From the NCBI GenBank assembly GCA_964354685.1, contig CAYHAM010000002.1:71058-135057 (forward strand): 64,000 nt of DNA, written 5' to 3'. A program made the position numbers and the translations under genes. Origin of the DNA: an uncultured Methanosarcinales archaeon (GTDB taxonomy: Archaea; Nanobdellota; Nanobdellia; Woesearchaeales; JAGVZT01). The notes under the pieces are model-generated. The model was given only the letters and a program-made list of their open reading frames with translations, did not search any database and had not been told where the DNA came from. This document shows, in pieces, positions 38,881 to 47,436 of the stretch (positions are counted from its first letter, which is position 1; each line of letters begins with the position of its first letter).

Positions 38881-39001
38881 TATATTAGTTTACTATTAAG
38901 TACATATAAACCAATCCGAAATATTTATAAATGATACTATAATCCTCTTGCCTATAAAAATATATAGTTTATACTAAAATACCTTAAGGAGGGGTGTTAA
39001 A

Positions 39002-40291
39002 ATGGCTGAAAAAAAGGAACATATGAACCTCGTGTTTATTGGACACGTTGATCACGGTAAGTCAACCAGTCTAGGTAGACTTATGTTTGACTCAAAGAAT
39101 ATTGATGAGCAAGCAATGAGAAAGTTAACCGAGCTAGCTAAAAATCTTGGAAAGCCAGGGTTTGAGTTTGCATATGTAATGGACAATTTGAAAGAAGAGC
39201 GTGAGAGAGGACTAACAATTGACCTAGCTCACAGGAGATTTGAAACTCCAAAATATTACTTCACAATTATAGACGCACCAGGACACAGAGATTTTGTCAA
39301 GAACATGATCACAGGAGCATCTCAAGCAGATGCTGCTGTTCTAGTTGTTTCTGCTAACCCAGGAGATGGTGTCCAGCAGCAAACAAAAGAGCACGTATTC
39401 TTGGCTCGAACTCTAGGAGTGTCACAACTAATTGTTGAAGTCAACAAGATGGACATGGCAAAGTATGACCAAAAGAGATATGAAGAGGTAAAGAAACAGG
39501 TTAGTGATTTGTTGAAAACAGTCGGCTATGATCCAAACAAAGTGCTATTCATTCCAACATCTGGATTAAAAGGAGACAATATTTTCAATAAGAGCACAAA
39601 CATGGATTGGTACAAAGGACCAACATTGTATGGAGCTTTGGATACATTCACACTACCAGAAAAACCAACACAGCTTCCTTTAAGGCTGCCAATACAAGAC
39701 CTCTACAACATAAAGGGTATTGGTGTTGTTGGTGTTGGTAGAGTTGAAACAGGAATGATGAAGGTTAATGATAAGGTAATTGCAGTACCAGGCAGAGAAG
39801 GCAAAGGTGTACACGGTGAGGTTAAGAGTATTGAAATGCACCACGAAGCAATGCAAAAAGCAATGCCTGGTGACAATGTTGGTTTTAACATCAGAGGCTT
39901 TGGTAAAAAGGATATTACAAGAGGAGATGTTATAGGCCATGAGGACAATGTGCCATCAATAGCAATAGAGTTTACTGCCCAGATTGTTGTTTTAAACCAT
40001 CCAACTGTTGTCACTGTTGGCTACACACCAGTGTTCCACATACACACTGCACAGGTGGCTTGTCAGATAACCTCAATTGAGAAGAAGATTGATGCAAGGA
40101 CTGGTGCAACTATCCAAGAAAAACCAGACTTCATCAAAAATGGAGATGCTGCCATTATCAAAGTAAAACCAGTTCAACCAGTGGTTATAGAAAAGCAAAA
40201 AGACATACCTCAGTTGGCAAGGTTTGCCATTAGGGATTCTGGGCAAACTGTTGCTGCAGGAATCTGCATTGACTTGATTAAGAAGAACTAA
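39002..40291 (+). CDS. tuf: Translation elongation factor aEF-1alpha
   Basis: [22 protein letters not shown]-motifs; 429 aa archaeal length. Confidence 0.95.
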   Translation: MAEKKEHMNLVFIGHVDHGKSTSLGRLMFDSKNIDEQAMRKLTELAKNLGKPGFEFAYVMDNLKEERERGLTIDLAHRRFETPKYYFTIIDAPGHRDFVKNMITGASQADAAVLVVSANPGDGVQQQTKEHVFLARTLGVSQLIVEVNKMDMAKYDQKRYEEVKKQVSDLLKTVGYDPNKVLFIPTSGLKGDNIFNKSTNMDWYKGPTLYGALDTFTLPEKPTQLPLRLPIQDLYNIKGIGVVGVGRVETGMMKVNDKVIAVPGREGKGVHGEVKSIEMHHEAMQKAMPGDNVGFNIRGFGKKDITRGDVIGHEDNVPSIAIEFTAQIVVLNHPTVVTVGYTPVFHIHTAQVACQITSIEKKIDARTGATIQEKPDFIKNGDAAIIKVKPVQPVVIEKQKDIPQLARFAIRDSGQTVAAGICIDLIKKN

Positions 40292-40295
40292 AGAG

Positions 40296-40380
40296 AGGTG
40301 CTTTTTGGTTTGTCAAAAACCAAAGGTTTTTGAGCATGCTCAGAAACTTTTGAAAAGTTTTTGACATTTTATCTTTTTTT
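40296..40380 (+). terminator. Nested palindromes between tuf and rps10 (gtcaaaaac...gtttttgac enclosing the perfect 12-bp palindrome tgagcatgctca)
   Basis: Seen directly; followed by T-run (ttatcttttttt). Confidence 0.4.
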
Positions 40381-40423
40381 CACATGCATGGTGAACTTGG
40401 TTTATCATGTGGTAATGGAATAG

Positions 40424-40744
40424 GTGAGTAATATGCAACGCGCAAGAATAAAGCTAGCAAGCACAGACATTGACAAAATAAATCAGACTTGTGAGAGAAT
40501 CAAAGAGATAGCAGAAAAAACAGGAGTAGAGATGCGCGGTCCAATACCATTACCAACTAAGAAGTTGAAGGTCACAACTCGAAAAAGCCCATGTGGAGAG
40601 GGCAAGGCTTCTTTTGACAGATTTGAGATGAGAATACATAAAAGACTAATAGACTTAGGAATAGATGAAAGGGCTTTACGCTTAGTTATGAGGGTTCCTA
40701 TACCTGAAGGATTGAACATTGAGATAGAGATGGTTGAGAAATAG
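40424..40744 (+). CDS. rps10: Ribosomal protein uS10
   Basis: [53 protein letters not shown]...RLIDLG; canonical tuf-rps10 order. Confidence 0.9.
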   Translation: MSNMQRARIKLASTDIDKINQTCERIKEIAEKTGVEMRGPIPLPTKKLKVTTRKSPCGEGKASFDRFEMRIHKRLIDLGIDERALRLVMRVPIPEGLNIEIEMVEK

Positions 40745-40802
40745 CAAAAGATTTTTATTCTGATACTATTCTTTAATAGGAATAATTAAATTAATATGCT
40801 AA

Positions 40803-41171
40803 ATGGAGGTGGATTATATGACATGTTCGAAGTCTCTTGATCAAGTAGTAGACGAAAACAATATGCCTGGTAATTTTAGGGTTACACTTAGAGAAGGTTA
40901 TGAGCTTCCTCCAGAATGGGTAGAAAAATACAATGCTCAAAGATATTACGATGATGAGGAAATTGCTCTTTTACAAAAGTGTGCAGAGGATACAACAGAT
41001 CCTAAATCCAAGGAAATACTTAGTCTAGCAAATGACAGGATGTATCTTTTAAGAGGTATTCCTCCTTATTTGGCAAAGAAGGTCATGGACGAGTTGCGTA
41101 AGCATGAAGCTGTTGAAATGGTTGTGAGAATAGATCCTAGATACGCTCTCTCTGGTTCACCACAACACTGA
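40803..41171 (+). CDS. Hypothetical protein
   Basis: 122-aa ORF with SD-like ggaggtgga upstream; no recognised motifs. Confidence 0.45.
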   Translation: MEVDYMTCSKSLDQVVDENNMPGNFRVTLREGYELPPEWVEKYNAQRYYDDEEIALLQKCAEDTTDPKSKEILSLANDRMYLLRGIPPYLAKKVMDELRKHEAVEMVVRIDPRYALSGSPQH

Positions 41172-41257
41172 TAATCACTTCAATTACTTACTTTGTTTTT
41201 GATTTGATAGTTCTATTAATTGTTTTATTATAAATATTTAACAAACAAGATAAAAAA

Positions 41258-41746
41258 TTATCTTTTTATAGCATCTTCATACATTTTACTACACTCTTCA
41301 TCTTTAAAGAGGGTAGCAACAAGATCTGAGCCAGTTGGCATAAATTCCATAAAAGGTTCTTCAACACTTCCTTCTCTAAGATATATTCTACCATCACGCA
41401 TGAAAACAGCCCTAGTAGTATCCAAAACAACATTAGTAAAAGAAGGTTCAAGTCTTCTTTGATCACCTTTACGTTCAATTAAAAGGAGGCCTGGACAATA
41501 ACCTAATGAACCTATTTCTGATTCCAAATCATCCATTCCCTGACCTTCAACTCTCTTAAATACTCTAGATGTTTTATAATCAACCAGACCATATAACAAA
41601 AATCTCTCCTTCCCCTCATAATCCAGAACTGTTACTTCTTCAGGAATATCCAGCTTTGCTAATTTACATGCTAAGTCACAATCCCGATTCCCCCCAAAGA
41701 TAACCGCATTAAATCCATTTCCATTATCTTTTAATAAATCAACCAT
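41258..41746 (-). CDS. Hypothetical protein
   Basis: 162-aa ORF; no recognised motifs. Confidence 0.45.
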   Translation of the reverse strand: MVDLLKDNGNGFNAVIFGGNRDCDLACKLAKLDIPEEVTVLDYEGKERFLLYGLVDYKTSRVFKRVEGQGMDDLESEIGSLGYCPGLLLIERKGDQRRLEPSFTNVVLDTTRAVFMRDGRIYLREGSVEEPFMEFMPTGSDLVATLFKDEECSKMYEDAIKR

Positions 41747-42101
41747 TTAACAACACCCCCTTAAAAGTATATTTTTAAAGACGTAATTGAATTATATAAA
41801 CTTTTCGAGTATTAACCAAAAACTTTATAAACCATAAAAACATTCTAATTCAAGTGATAAAAATGGCAAATGGTGGTTTAGTTCATCTCGGGAAAAAGTA
41901 ATTCTGTTTTAATTAGATTAACCACTATTGTTGTTTCTTCATTGTTCCATAGGTAGCTCTATGCTACCTTGAATTCTAAAACCAATCATCAACAAACCCT
42001 TTTTTGTGAGATAAGCCTTTATCGGGCTTATTGATTATCGACTGTATTTTTGTAGTCATAAGTACAATTTATCGACGATAAATAGCAAAAGCTATAACCA
42101 T

Positions 42102-42173
42102 GGTTGCAGTGGTGTAATGGCAGCACAAGAGATTGTGGCTCTCTAGGACCGGGTTCAACTCCCGGCTGCAGCC
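42102..42173 (+). tRNA. tRNA-His (anticodon GUG) with genomically encoded G-1 and discriminator C
   Basis: G-1 + acceptor GUUGCAG/CUGCAGC, D-arm GUGU..GCAC, anticodon stem AGAGA/UCUCU loop UUGUGGC, T-arm CCGGG-UUCAACU-CCCGG, discriminator C pairing G-1. Confidence 0.8.
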
Positions 42174-42211
42174 CTCAAGTCATGTGGACTATAAACACGG
42201 AGGAAAAGAAA

Positions 42212-42283
42212 ATGAAATGGAAACAAAAAATAATACAGGAGGCTCAGGCGCTACCAGGCGCTGAGTGTGTTCACACCTATTAG
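42212..42283 (+). CDS. Candidate small peptide ORF (23 aa; 33 aa if started at 42182), one Cys near C-terminus
   Basis: MKWKQKIIQEAQALPGAECVHTY with GGAGG 8 nt upstream of ATG 42212; 3' end overlaps the start of the downstream ORF. Speculative. Confidence 0.2.
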   Translation: MKWKQKIIQEAQALPGAECVHTY

Positions 42284-43292
42284 AAGATCTACCCTAGAGA
42301 GATCTCTTGAATATTTGGTGTGTCCAGCAGATCAAGGAGAACTAGAGTTAGATGTTGCAAACAGAGACTGGATATCTGAAGGTAAATTTCAGTGCACAGA
42401 ATGTGATGCAACATACAACATAAGAAATGGTGTGCCATATTTCTTTGATGACGGCAATGGATATGAATGGGACAAAGACATCTCTGAAGAAAAAATTTTA
42501 GCCAGTATTATAGATTCAATAGGCAAAGATAGTATCACGTGGACACAAATAATTGCATTGAGTAACCTATTTTTAGATAGGTTTAGAGATAGAAAACAAG
42601 CAATTGATGCAATCTTTAAGGTTGTTGAAAGAGTTGTGGCAACCATTGATGCTAACAGTCAACTACAAGCATATCTAACACAAGCAGCAACTGCAGCAAG
42701 ATACAATTTAGAGAACTACAGAGGGACCTTCACTCTCCCAAATGACATCTTGAAGTTTGTAATAGGAAACTATCAGCCAAGTTCAGGAATTGTTGTTGAG
42801 GGGGCATGCGCAACAGGGGAATGTTTGTTACAACTAACTGAAGCCATAGGTTCTGACTTTTACTTGGGTTTAGACATTGCAGGTGCCATGGTAAGAAATG
42901 CCCAGCAACAGGCATTGGAAAACATGCTTTTTGTGCAAGCAGACATTTGTTCTCTACCAATTAGAACAAACTCAGCAGGAATCTATGTTTTAAACAATGT
43001 CTTTGACAGAGTCATGGACCCGCAGAAGGCATGCGAACAAGCTAATAGGATTCTCAACAAAGAGCAGAGTGAACTTGTTTTAAGCAACTGTGATCCATTA
43101 CAGTACGGTTATGTAACTGAAGAGGGTCTAGAAGTTACTTTTGTACCAGAAGAAAAGCAAATCAGTCTTGAGAAAGGTTTTGAGCTAGCAGGATTCAGAG
43201 TGGTTGTGGAACAAAAAGGCATATGGCCAATATATACTGTGGCCTATGATCAAGAATTCTTACCCTACAAAAGCTTGGGTGGGAGGAGGTAA
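42267..43292 (+). CDS. Trm112-like zinc-ribbon domain fused to a class-I methyltransferase-like domain (non-ATG start)
   Basis: LVCPADQGELELD...QCTECDATYNIRNGVPYF (Trm112/DUF343-type ribbon); later GIVVEGACATGECLLQL...LGLDIAGAM...FVQADICSLP resembles degenerate MTase motifs I-III; GC-richer than flanks. Confidence 0.5.
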   Translation: MFTPIRRSTLERSLEYLVCPADQGELELDVANRDWISEGKFQCTECDATYNIRNGVPYFFDDGNGYEWDKDISEEKILASIIDSIGKDSITWTQIIALSNLFLDRFRDRKQAIDAIFKVVERVVATIDANSQLQAYLTQAATAARYNLENYRGTFTLPNDILKFVIGNYQPSSGIVVEGACATGECLLQLTEAIGSDFYLGLDIAGAMVRNAQQQALENMLFVQADICSLPIRTNSAGIYVLNNVFDRVMDPQKACEQANRILNKEQSELVLSNCDPLQYGYVTEEGLEVTFVPEEKQISLEKGFELAGFRVVVEQKGIWPIYTVAYDQEFLPYKSLGGRR

Positions 43293-43297
43293 ACAAA

Positions 43298-44302
43298 ATG
43301 ACCGCAGTACCAATAAACGAACAAGTACCCGTGATAAAGGGTCTAAACTTGTCAAACAAGGAGCTTAGAAAAGCAGAGCTCAATAACAAGATGCTTCTCA
43401 TAGACATAGAAACAAGCAACAAGTGCAACCTAAACTGCCAGTATTGCTTTAGAGACATCTATGGAACAAAAGAGGCTTTAGAAAAAGAGCTAAAGCTTGA
43501 CAAGAGACTAGACTTAATTAAACAAGCAAAAGAGCTAGGATGTGAAACAATAAAGATAACAGGAGCAGGAGAGCCATTTGCAGACAAGGAATTTTGGCCA
43601 ATGATAGAATATGCCAACAAGCTTGGAATGTGGGTTTTGATCTTTACCAATGGCTCCTTGATTGATAAGAATGTGGTAAAGAGACTTGCAAAGATGAATG
43701 TGTCAATCATAGTCAAATGCAACTCTTTTAACGAAGAAAAAGAAGACACAATGGTTGGCAGAAAAGGATATGCAGAAAGGAGAAACAAGGCAATCCAATT
43801 CCTAATAGAAGAAGGATTCAACAAAACAAACCCAACAAGATTAGGAAGAGACTTAGTAATCACAAACATAAACAAGGATGAGCTTTATGACTCTTTGAGA
43901 TGGTGCAGAAAAAACAATGTTTTCCCTTTGTTCAGGCCTTTAATGCCAATTGGAGCAGCAAGGAAGCTAACTGATTGGATGATAAGCAAAGAAGAGACAA
44001 AAGCGATGTATGAGAAAGCAAGAGAAGTTGACAGCAAAGAGTTTGGCATAAACTACAATCTAACCCTGCCTTACATGGGAGGGGTATGGTGTAGGCAACT
44101 CCACTATGCTATCTATGTTAACATACTAGGAGAAGTCTATGCATGCACTGGTTCAAAGAAACTATTCGGCAACTTCAACAAACAAAGTTTAAAAGAGATT
44201 TGGAATAGCGAAGAGGCAAGGATAATAAGGAAAACACCTTATGAAAGCTGTCCACTCAGAGAATCCTATTGGAGAGGAGACAAAGACTATGACTGCATTT
44301 AA
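43298..44302 (+). CDS. Radical SAM enzyme with C-terminal SPASM/twitch-like domain
   Basis: CNLNCQYC (CxxxCxxC), ITGAGEPF, FTNGSL; C-terminal GGVWCRQLHYAIYVNILGEVYACTGSKKLFGN. Confidence 0.7.
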   Translation: MTAVPINEQVPVIKGLNLSNKELRKAELNNKMLLIDIETSNKCNLNCQYCFRDIYGTKEALEKELKLDKRLDLIKQAKELGCETIKITGAGEPFADKEFWPMIEYANKLGMWVLIFTNGSLIDKNVVKRLAKMNVSIIVKCNSFNEEKEDTMVGRKGYAERRNKAIQFLIEEGFNKTNPTRLGRDLVITNINKDELYDSLRWCRKNNVFPLFRPLMPIGAARKLTDWMISKEETKAMYEKAREVDSKEFGINYNLTLPYMGGVWCRQLHYAIYVNILGEVYACTGSKKLFGNFNKQSLKEIWNSEEARIIRKTPYESCPLRESYWRGDKDYDCI

Positions 44303-44347
44303 TTTTTTTTATTTTTTCGATAAGTTTAAATACAAACCAAAATTTGG

Positions 44348-45649
44348 ATGATTAAGATGAAACTCGAAACAGCAAAAGGAGTCCGCGACTTCCCACCAGA
44401 AGAGAAAATCATAAGACAGCAGATTACAGATAGACTTAAAACTATTTTTGAGATATATGGCTATTCTCCATTGGAAACTCCAATTATTGAGAGATACGAG
44501 GTTTTAACTGCAAAGTTTGCAGCAGGAGAAGAATCAGATGCTCTAAAAGAGACATTCAAGTTTGAAGACCAGGGCAAGCGCAAGTTGGGGCTAAGGTTTG
44601 ATCTAACAGTTCCTCTTTCTAGGTTTGTTAGCATGAACCCAAAAATAAAAATGCCATTTAAAAGATATGAAATAGGAAGAACTTATAGAGATGGCCCAAT
44701 AAAACTAGGGCGATATAGAGAATTCTGGCAATGTGATGTTGATGTGGTTGGATGCAAAGACATGCTAGCAGATGCAGAGATAATAAAGCTCAGCTTAGAT
44801 GTTTTCAAAGAGCTTGGCTTTGATGCTTACATTGAACTAAACAATAGAAAACTATTAAATGGAATTTTGGAATATGCAAATGTTCCAAAACAAAAAAAAG
44901 AGCAGGCAATAATAGCAATAGACAAACTAAAAAAGCTTGGCTTAGCAAAGGTAAAAAAAGAATTAAAAGAAAAAGGCATAAGTGATGACTCAATCAAAAA
45001 AGTAGTAGATGTCCTAGAAACCAAAGGCACAAATGAACAGATTCTAAGCAAACTCAAAAAAACAATTGACAACAAAATAGGTTTAGAAGGAATTGAAGAG
45101 CTGGAACAAATCTTTAATTATTTAACACCTATTGAAGCAAAGGATGTAAAACTAAACATCTCTTTAGCACGAGGCCTAGCTTATTACACAGGCCCTGTTT
45201 ATGAGGGCTTTCTAAGAAAATCAAAAATATCAAGCTCAATATGTGGTGGTGGAAGATATGACGACTTGATTGGCTTATACATTGGAGGAAAAGAACAATA
45301 CCCAGCAACAGGAATAAGCTTTGGCCTAGAACCAATCACAGAAGCAATAAAGCTAACAAAAAAGGAAATTGTAAAAACAGTTTCTCAGGTTTACATCATC
45401 CCGATTAAAACAAATAAAGAGGCTTTAGAAATTGCCCAAAAACTAAGAAAAGCAGGAATCAAAACAGACATTGATTTGTTAGGCCGTGGATTAAGCAAAA
45501 ACCTAGACTATGCAAACAAGCTCAATATCCCTTATGTTGTTATAGTAGGCCCAAAAGACCTAGAGAAAAACCAGGCAACAATAAGAAACATGAAAACAGG
45601 CAAAGAAGAAAAGGTTTTGATAAAAGACATTGCTGAATATAAATTCTAA
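44348..45649 (+). CDS. hisS: Histidyl-tRNA synthetase
   Basis: Class II motifs: KGVRDFPPEE, FKRYEIGRTYRDG, GGGRYDDL; C-terminal anticodon-binding domain. Confidence 0.95.
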   Translation: MIKMKLETAKGVRDFPPEEKIIRQQITDRLKTIFEIYGYSPLETPIIERYEVLTAKFAAGEESDALKETFKFEDQGKRKLGLRFDLTVPLSRFVSMNPKIKMPFKRYEIGRTYRDGPIKLGRYREFWQCDVDVVGCKDMLADAEIIKLSLDVFKELGFDAYIELNNRKLLNGILEYANVPKQKKEQAIIAIDKLKKLGLAKVKKELKEKGISDDSIKKVVDVLETKGTNEQILSKLKKTIDNKIGLEGIEELEQIFNYLTPIEAKDVKLNISLARGLAYYTGPVYEGFLRKSKISSSICGGGRYDDLIGLYIGGKEQYPATGISFGLEPITEAIKLTKKEIVKTVSQVYIIPIKTNKEALEIAQKLRKAGIKTDIDLLGRGLSKNLDYANKLNIPYVVIVGPKDLEKNQATIRNMKTGKEEKVLIKDIAEYKF

Positions 45650-45817
45650 TCTCGCTTATTTAGCCTTCTTTTTCAATTTAAAATAGATTTTTAGGCTTAT
45701 TTTAACAGTTTTGACCATTATTTGTTATCCAAAAGTAAAAAGCGAAACATTTATATATGTGGATTAAATCTCTAAAATCAAGGCTATCTTTACAGAAGCG
45801 TAAGTGTTTTTTTATTG

Positions 45818-45958
45818 TCAAGAACCACCAGTCATGGACTAATAGCCTGTTGCTTATCGCAATACTACACAGTGGTTCTTGAGCATGATCGGAATTTTCA
45901 TTATGCACCGACACGAAGTGTAAGCCACCAGTCAGAGGCTGGATGGAAAATTCCGACA
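45818..45958 (+). ncRNA. Candidate two-hairpin small RNA (H/ACA-like architecture; second hairpin followed immediately by ACA)
   Basis: Hairpin 1: tcaagaaccac...(46 nt)...gtggttcttga; linker gcatgatc; hairpin 2: ggaattttca...(50 nt)...ggaaaattcc then gACA; 10-mer ccaccagtca occurs in both hairpins. Confidence 0.35.
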
Positions 45959-45999
45959 TTTTAATGTAAAAGCAAGCGTTTTCTTAAATAAAAGGGTTT

Positions 46000-47274
46000 G
46001 TGATAAATATGGAAAAAGAGTTGTTCAAAAGCTATACTTTACAAGTTTGCTACAGTATTGCTCAACTCCTTGGCTGGAGCTTTGTAATATTTTACCTTGT
46101 TGTAAATGGTTTCACAAAGCTAGAGATTGTTATTTACTTCACCACAGTTTATCTAACAGCATATATAACAACATATTTTATGGAAGGGTTAGAGCTAAGA
46201 AAAGCAATAATCTACTCACTATTTTTAAGAATCATTTCATTCCTTCTCCTAGCAAGATTTTTCTTCAGATCACAATTATATTTGGTAGCAGTGGCATGGG
46301 GAATGTTCATACCCTTATTCTGGATCCCTCAGAGGATAAACTATTATAACCATTCAAAAAAACACAACACAGCAACACTAGCAGGATTATTTAATTCCAT
46401 TGAACCACTGCTGAGCTTGCTGTTACCAGTCCTAGGTGGACTAACCATAAAATATTTTGGTTATAATATATTATTCTTAATAGCAGTAATCATCTTAATA
46501 ATCACTTTAATCCCTGCCTCGCACCAAAAACCAAGAAGTGTTTGCTTTAATTACAAAGATGCTATAAGAAAAACAAAAGGTATTAGGACACTTGTCTTTC
46601 TTGAGGGTTTAGACACAATAACCAGTATTATCCTTATTCCACTGATAAGCATAAGTTTTATCCAGAAAGAAACGAGTTATGGTATCTTCTTATCAATTGT
46701 TAGTTTGTTTGGGGTAATTGCCTCTTTTATAACAGCAAGAAACTCTGACAAAGTAAATGAGAGAGCAGCTTACATCTATCCCACCACTATTCTATTAACC
46801 CTATTTACAATATTCGCAGCCCTATCTAATTCATTGCTTTTGTGGGGTCTATTTATTGGTCTAATGACATTCCTAACACGAATCTTAGCACCATTATATG
46901 AAACAGTTGTTATAGACACCAAACAGAGTTTAATAGATAGTATGCACGCAAGAGAGATATTCCTCAACCTTGGTAGGATCGCTGGTTGTTTCATAGTACT
47001 CACCAGTCTTTTGCTTTTTGATAGCCTAAGGATCCCAATGATAATAATAACAACAATAACTCTAGCTTACCCTATTATGCTAAGCAAGAAACAAATATAC
47101 AAACACAGTGATACAATCTCTGATTATTTTGCAAATAACACAGCAAACATGTCAAGAACATTTGCTGCTCAAAGTTTGCTTTTAGTTCCAAAAACAATTA
47201 TCCCTAAGATAGCACCAAAACACAATGATAAGCTATATTACAATTGGAAATATAAGCACAAGAGCATAAGATAA
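46000..47274 (+). CDS. Polytopic membrane transporter, probably MFS-type
   Basis: ~12 predicted TM helices in two halves; no sharper motif. Confidence 0.5.
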   Translation: MINMEKELFKSYTLQVCYSIAQLLGWSFVIFYLVVNGFTKLEIVIYFTTVYLTAYITTYFMEGLELRKAIIYSLFLRIISFLLLARFFFRSQLYLVAVAWGMFIPLFWIPQRINYYNHSKKHNTATLAGLFNSIEPLLSLLLPVLGGLTIKYFGYNILFLIAVIILIITLIPASHQKPRSVCFNYKDAIRKTKGIRTLVFLEGLDTITSIILIPLISISFIQKETSYGIFLSIVSLFGVIASFITARNSDKVNERAAYIYPTTILLTLFTIFAALSNSLLLWGLFIGLMTFLTRILAPLYETVVIDTKQSLIDSMHAREIFLNLGRIAGCFIVLTSLLLFDSLRIPMIIITTITLAYPIMLSKKQIYKHSDTISDYFANNTANMSRTFAAQSLLLVPKTIIPKIAPKHNDKLYYNWKYKHKSIR

Positions 47275-47276
47275 AG

Positions 47277-47379
47277 GGCGGTAGCCGGGACTTTCAAAGA
47301 CAAGTATTCTTGTGCTTATTTGAACCCGGGCCGGAGGATCCACAGTCCTCAATGCTGCCAGGCTACACTACTACCGCCA
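47277..47379 (+). ncRNA. Candidate 103-nt structured RNA closed by a perfect 7-bp terminal stem GGCGGUA/UACCGCC + unpaired A (tRNA-like closure, no T-loop found)
   Basis: Internal hairpins acaag-uauu-cuugu and gagga-uccacag-uccuc; GC-rich relative to genome; sits between a stop codon and the next promoter. Confidence 0.35.
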
Positions 47380-47436
47380 TAGCAGTATGGGTAACAGAAT
47401 GGTTTATAAATATTTTGAATTTAAAAGAGTTATAAA

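Noticed and set aside
42102-42300. Integrase or mobile-element boundary at tRNA-His that would explain the GC-rich islet
   Set aside because: No integrase, transposase or direct repeat of the tRNA 3' end found downstream. The island hypothesis rests only on composition and context.
45702-45959. Minus-strand 85-aa ORF downstream of hisS
   Set aside because: The region is dominated by two long perfect hairpins (candidate sRNA). The ORF has no RBS and no features, so it is more likely noncoding.
47277-47379. Called as a tRNA (7-bp acceptor-like stem + discriminator A)
   Set aside because: No T-loop (UUCRANY) or D-loop consensus, and no anticodon arm could be placed. Left as an unclassified structured RNA candidate that might be an intron-bearing or atypical tRNA.
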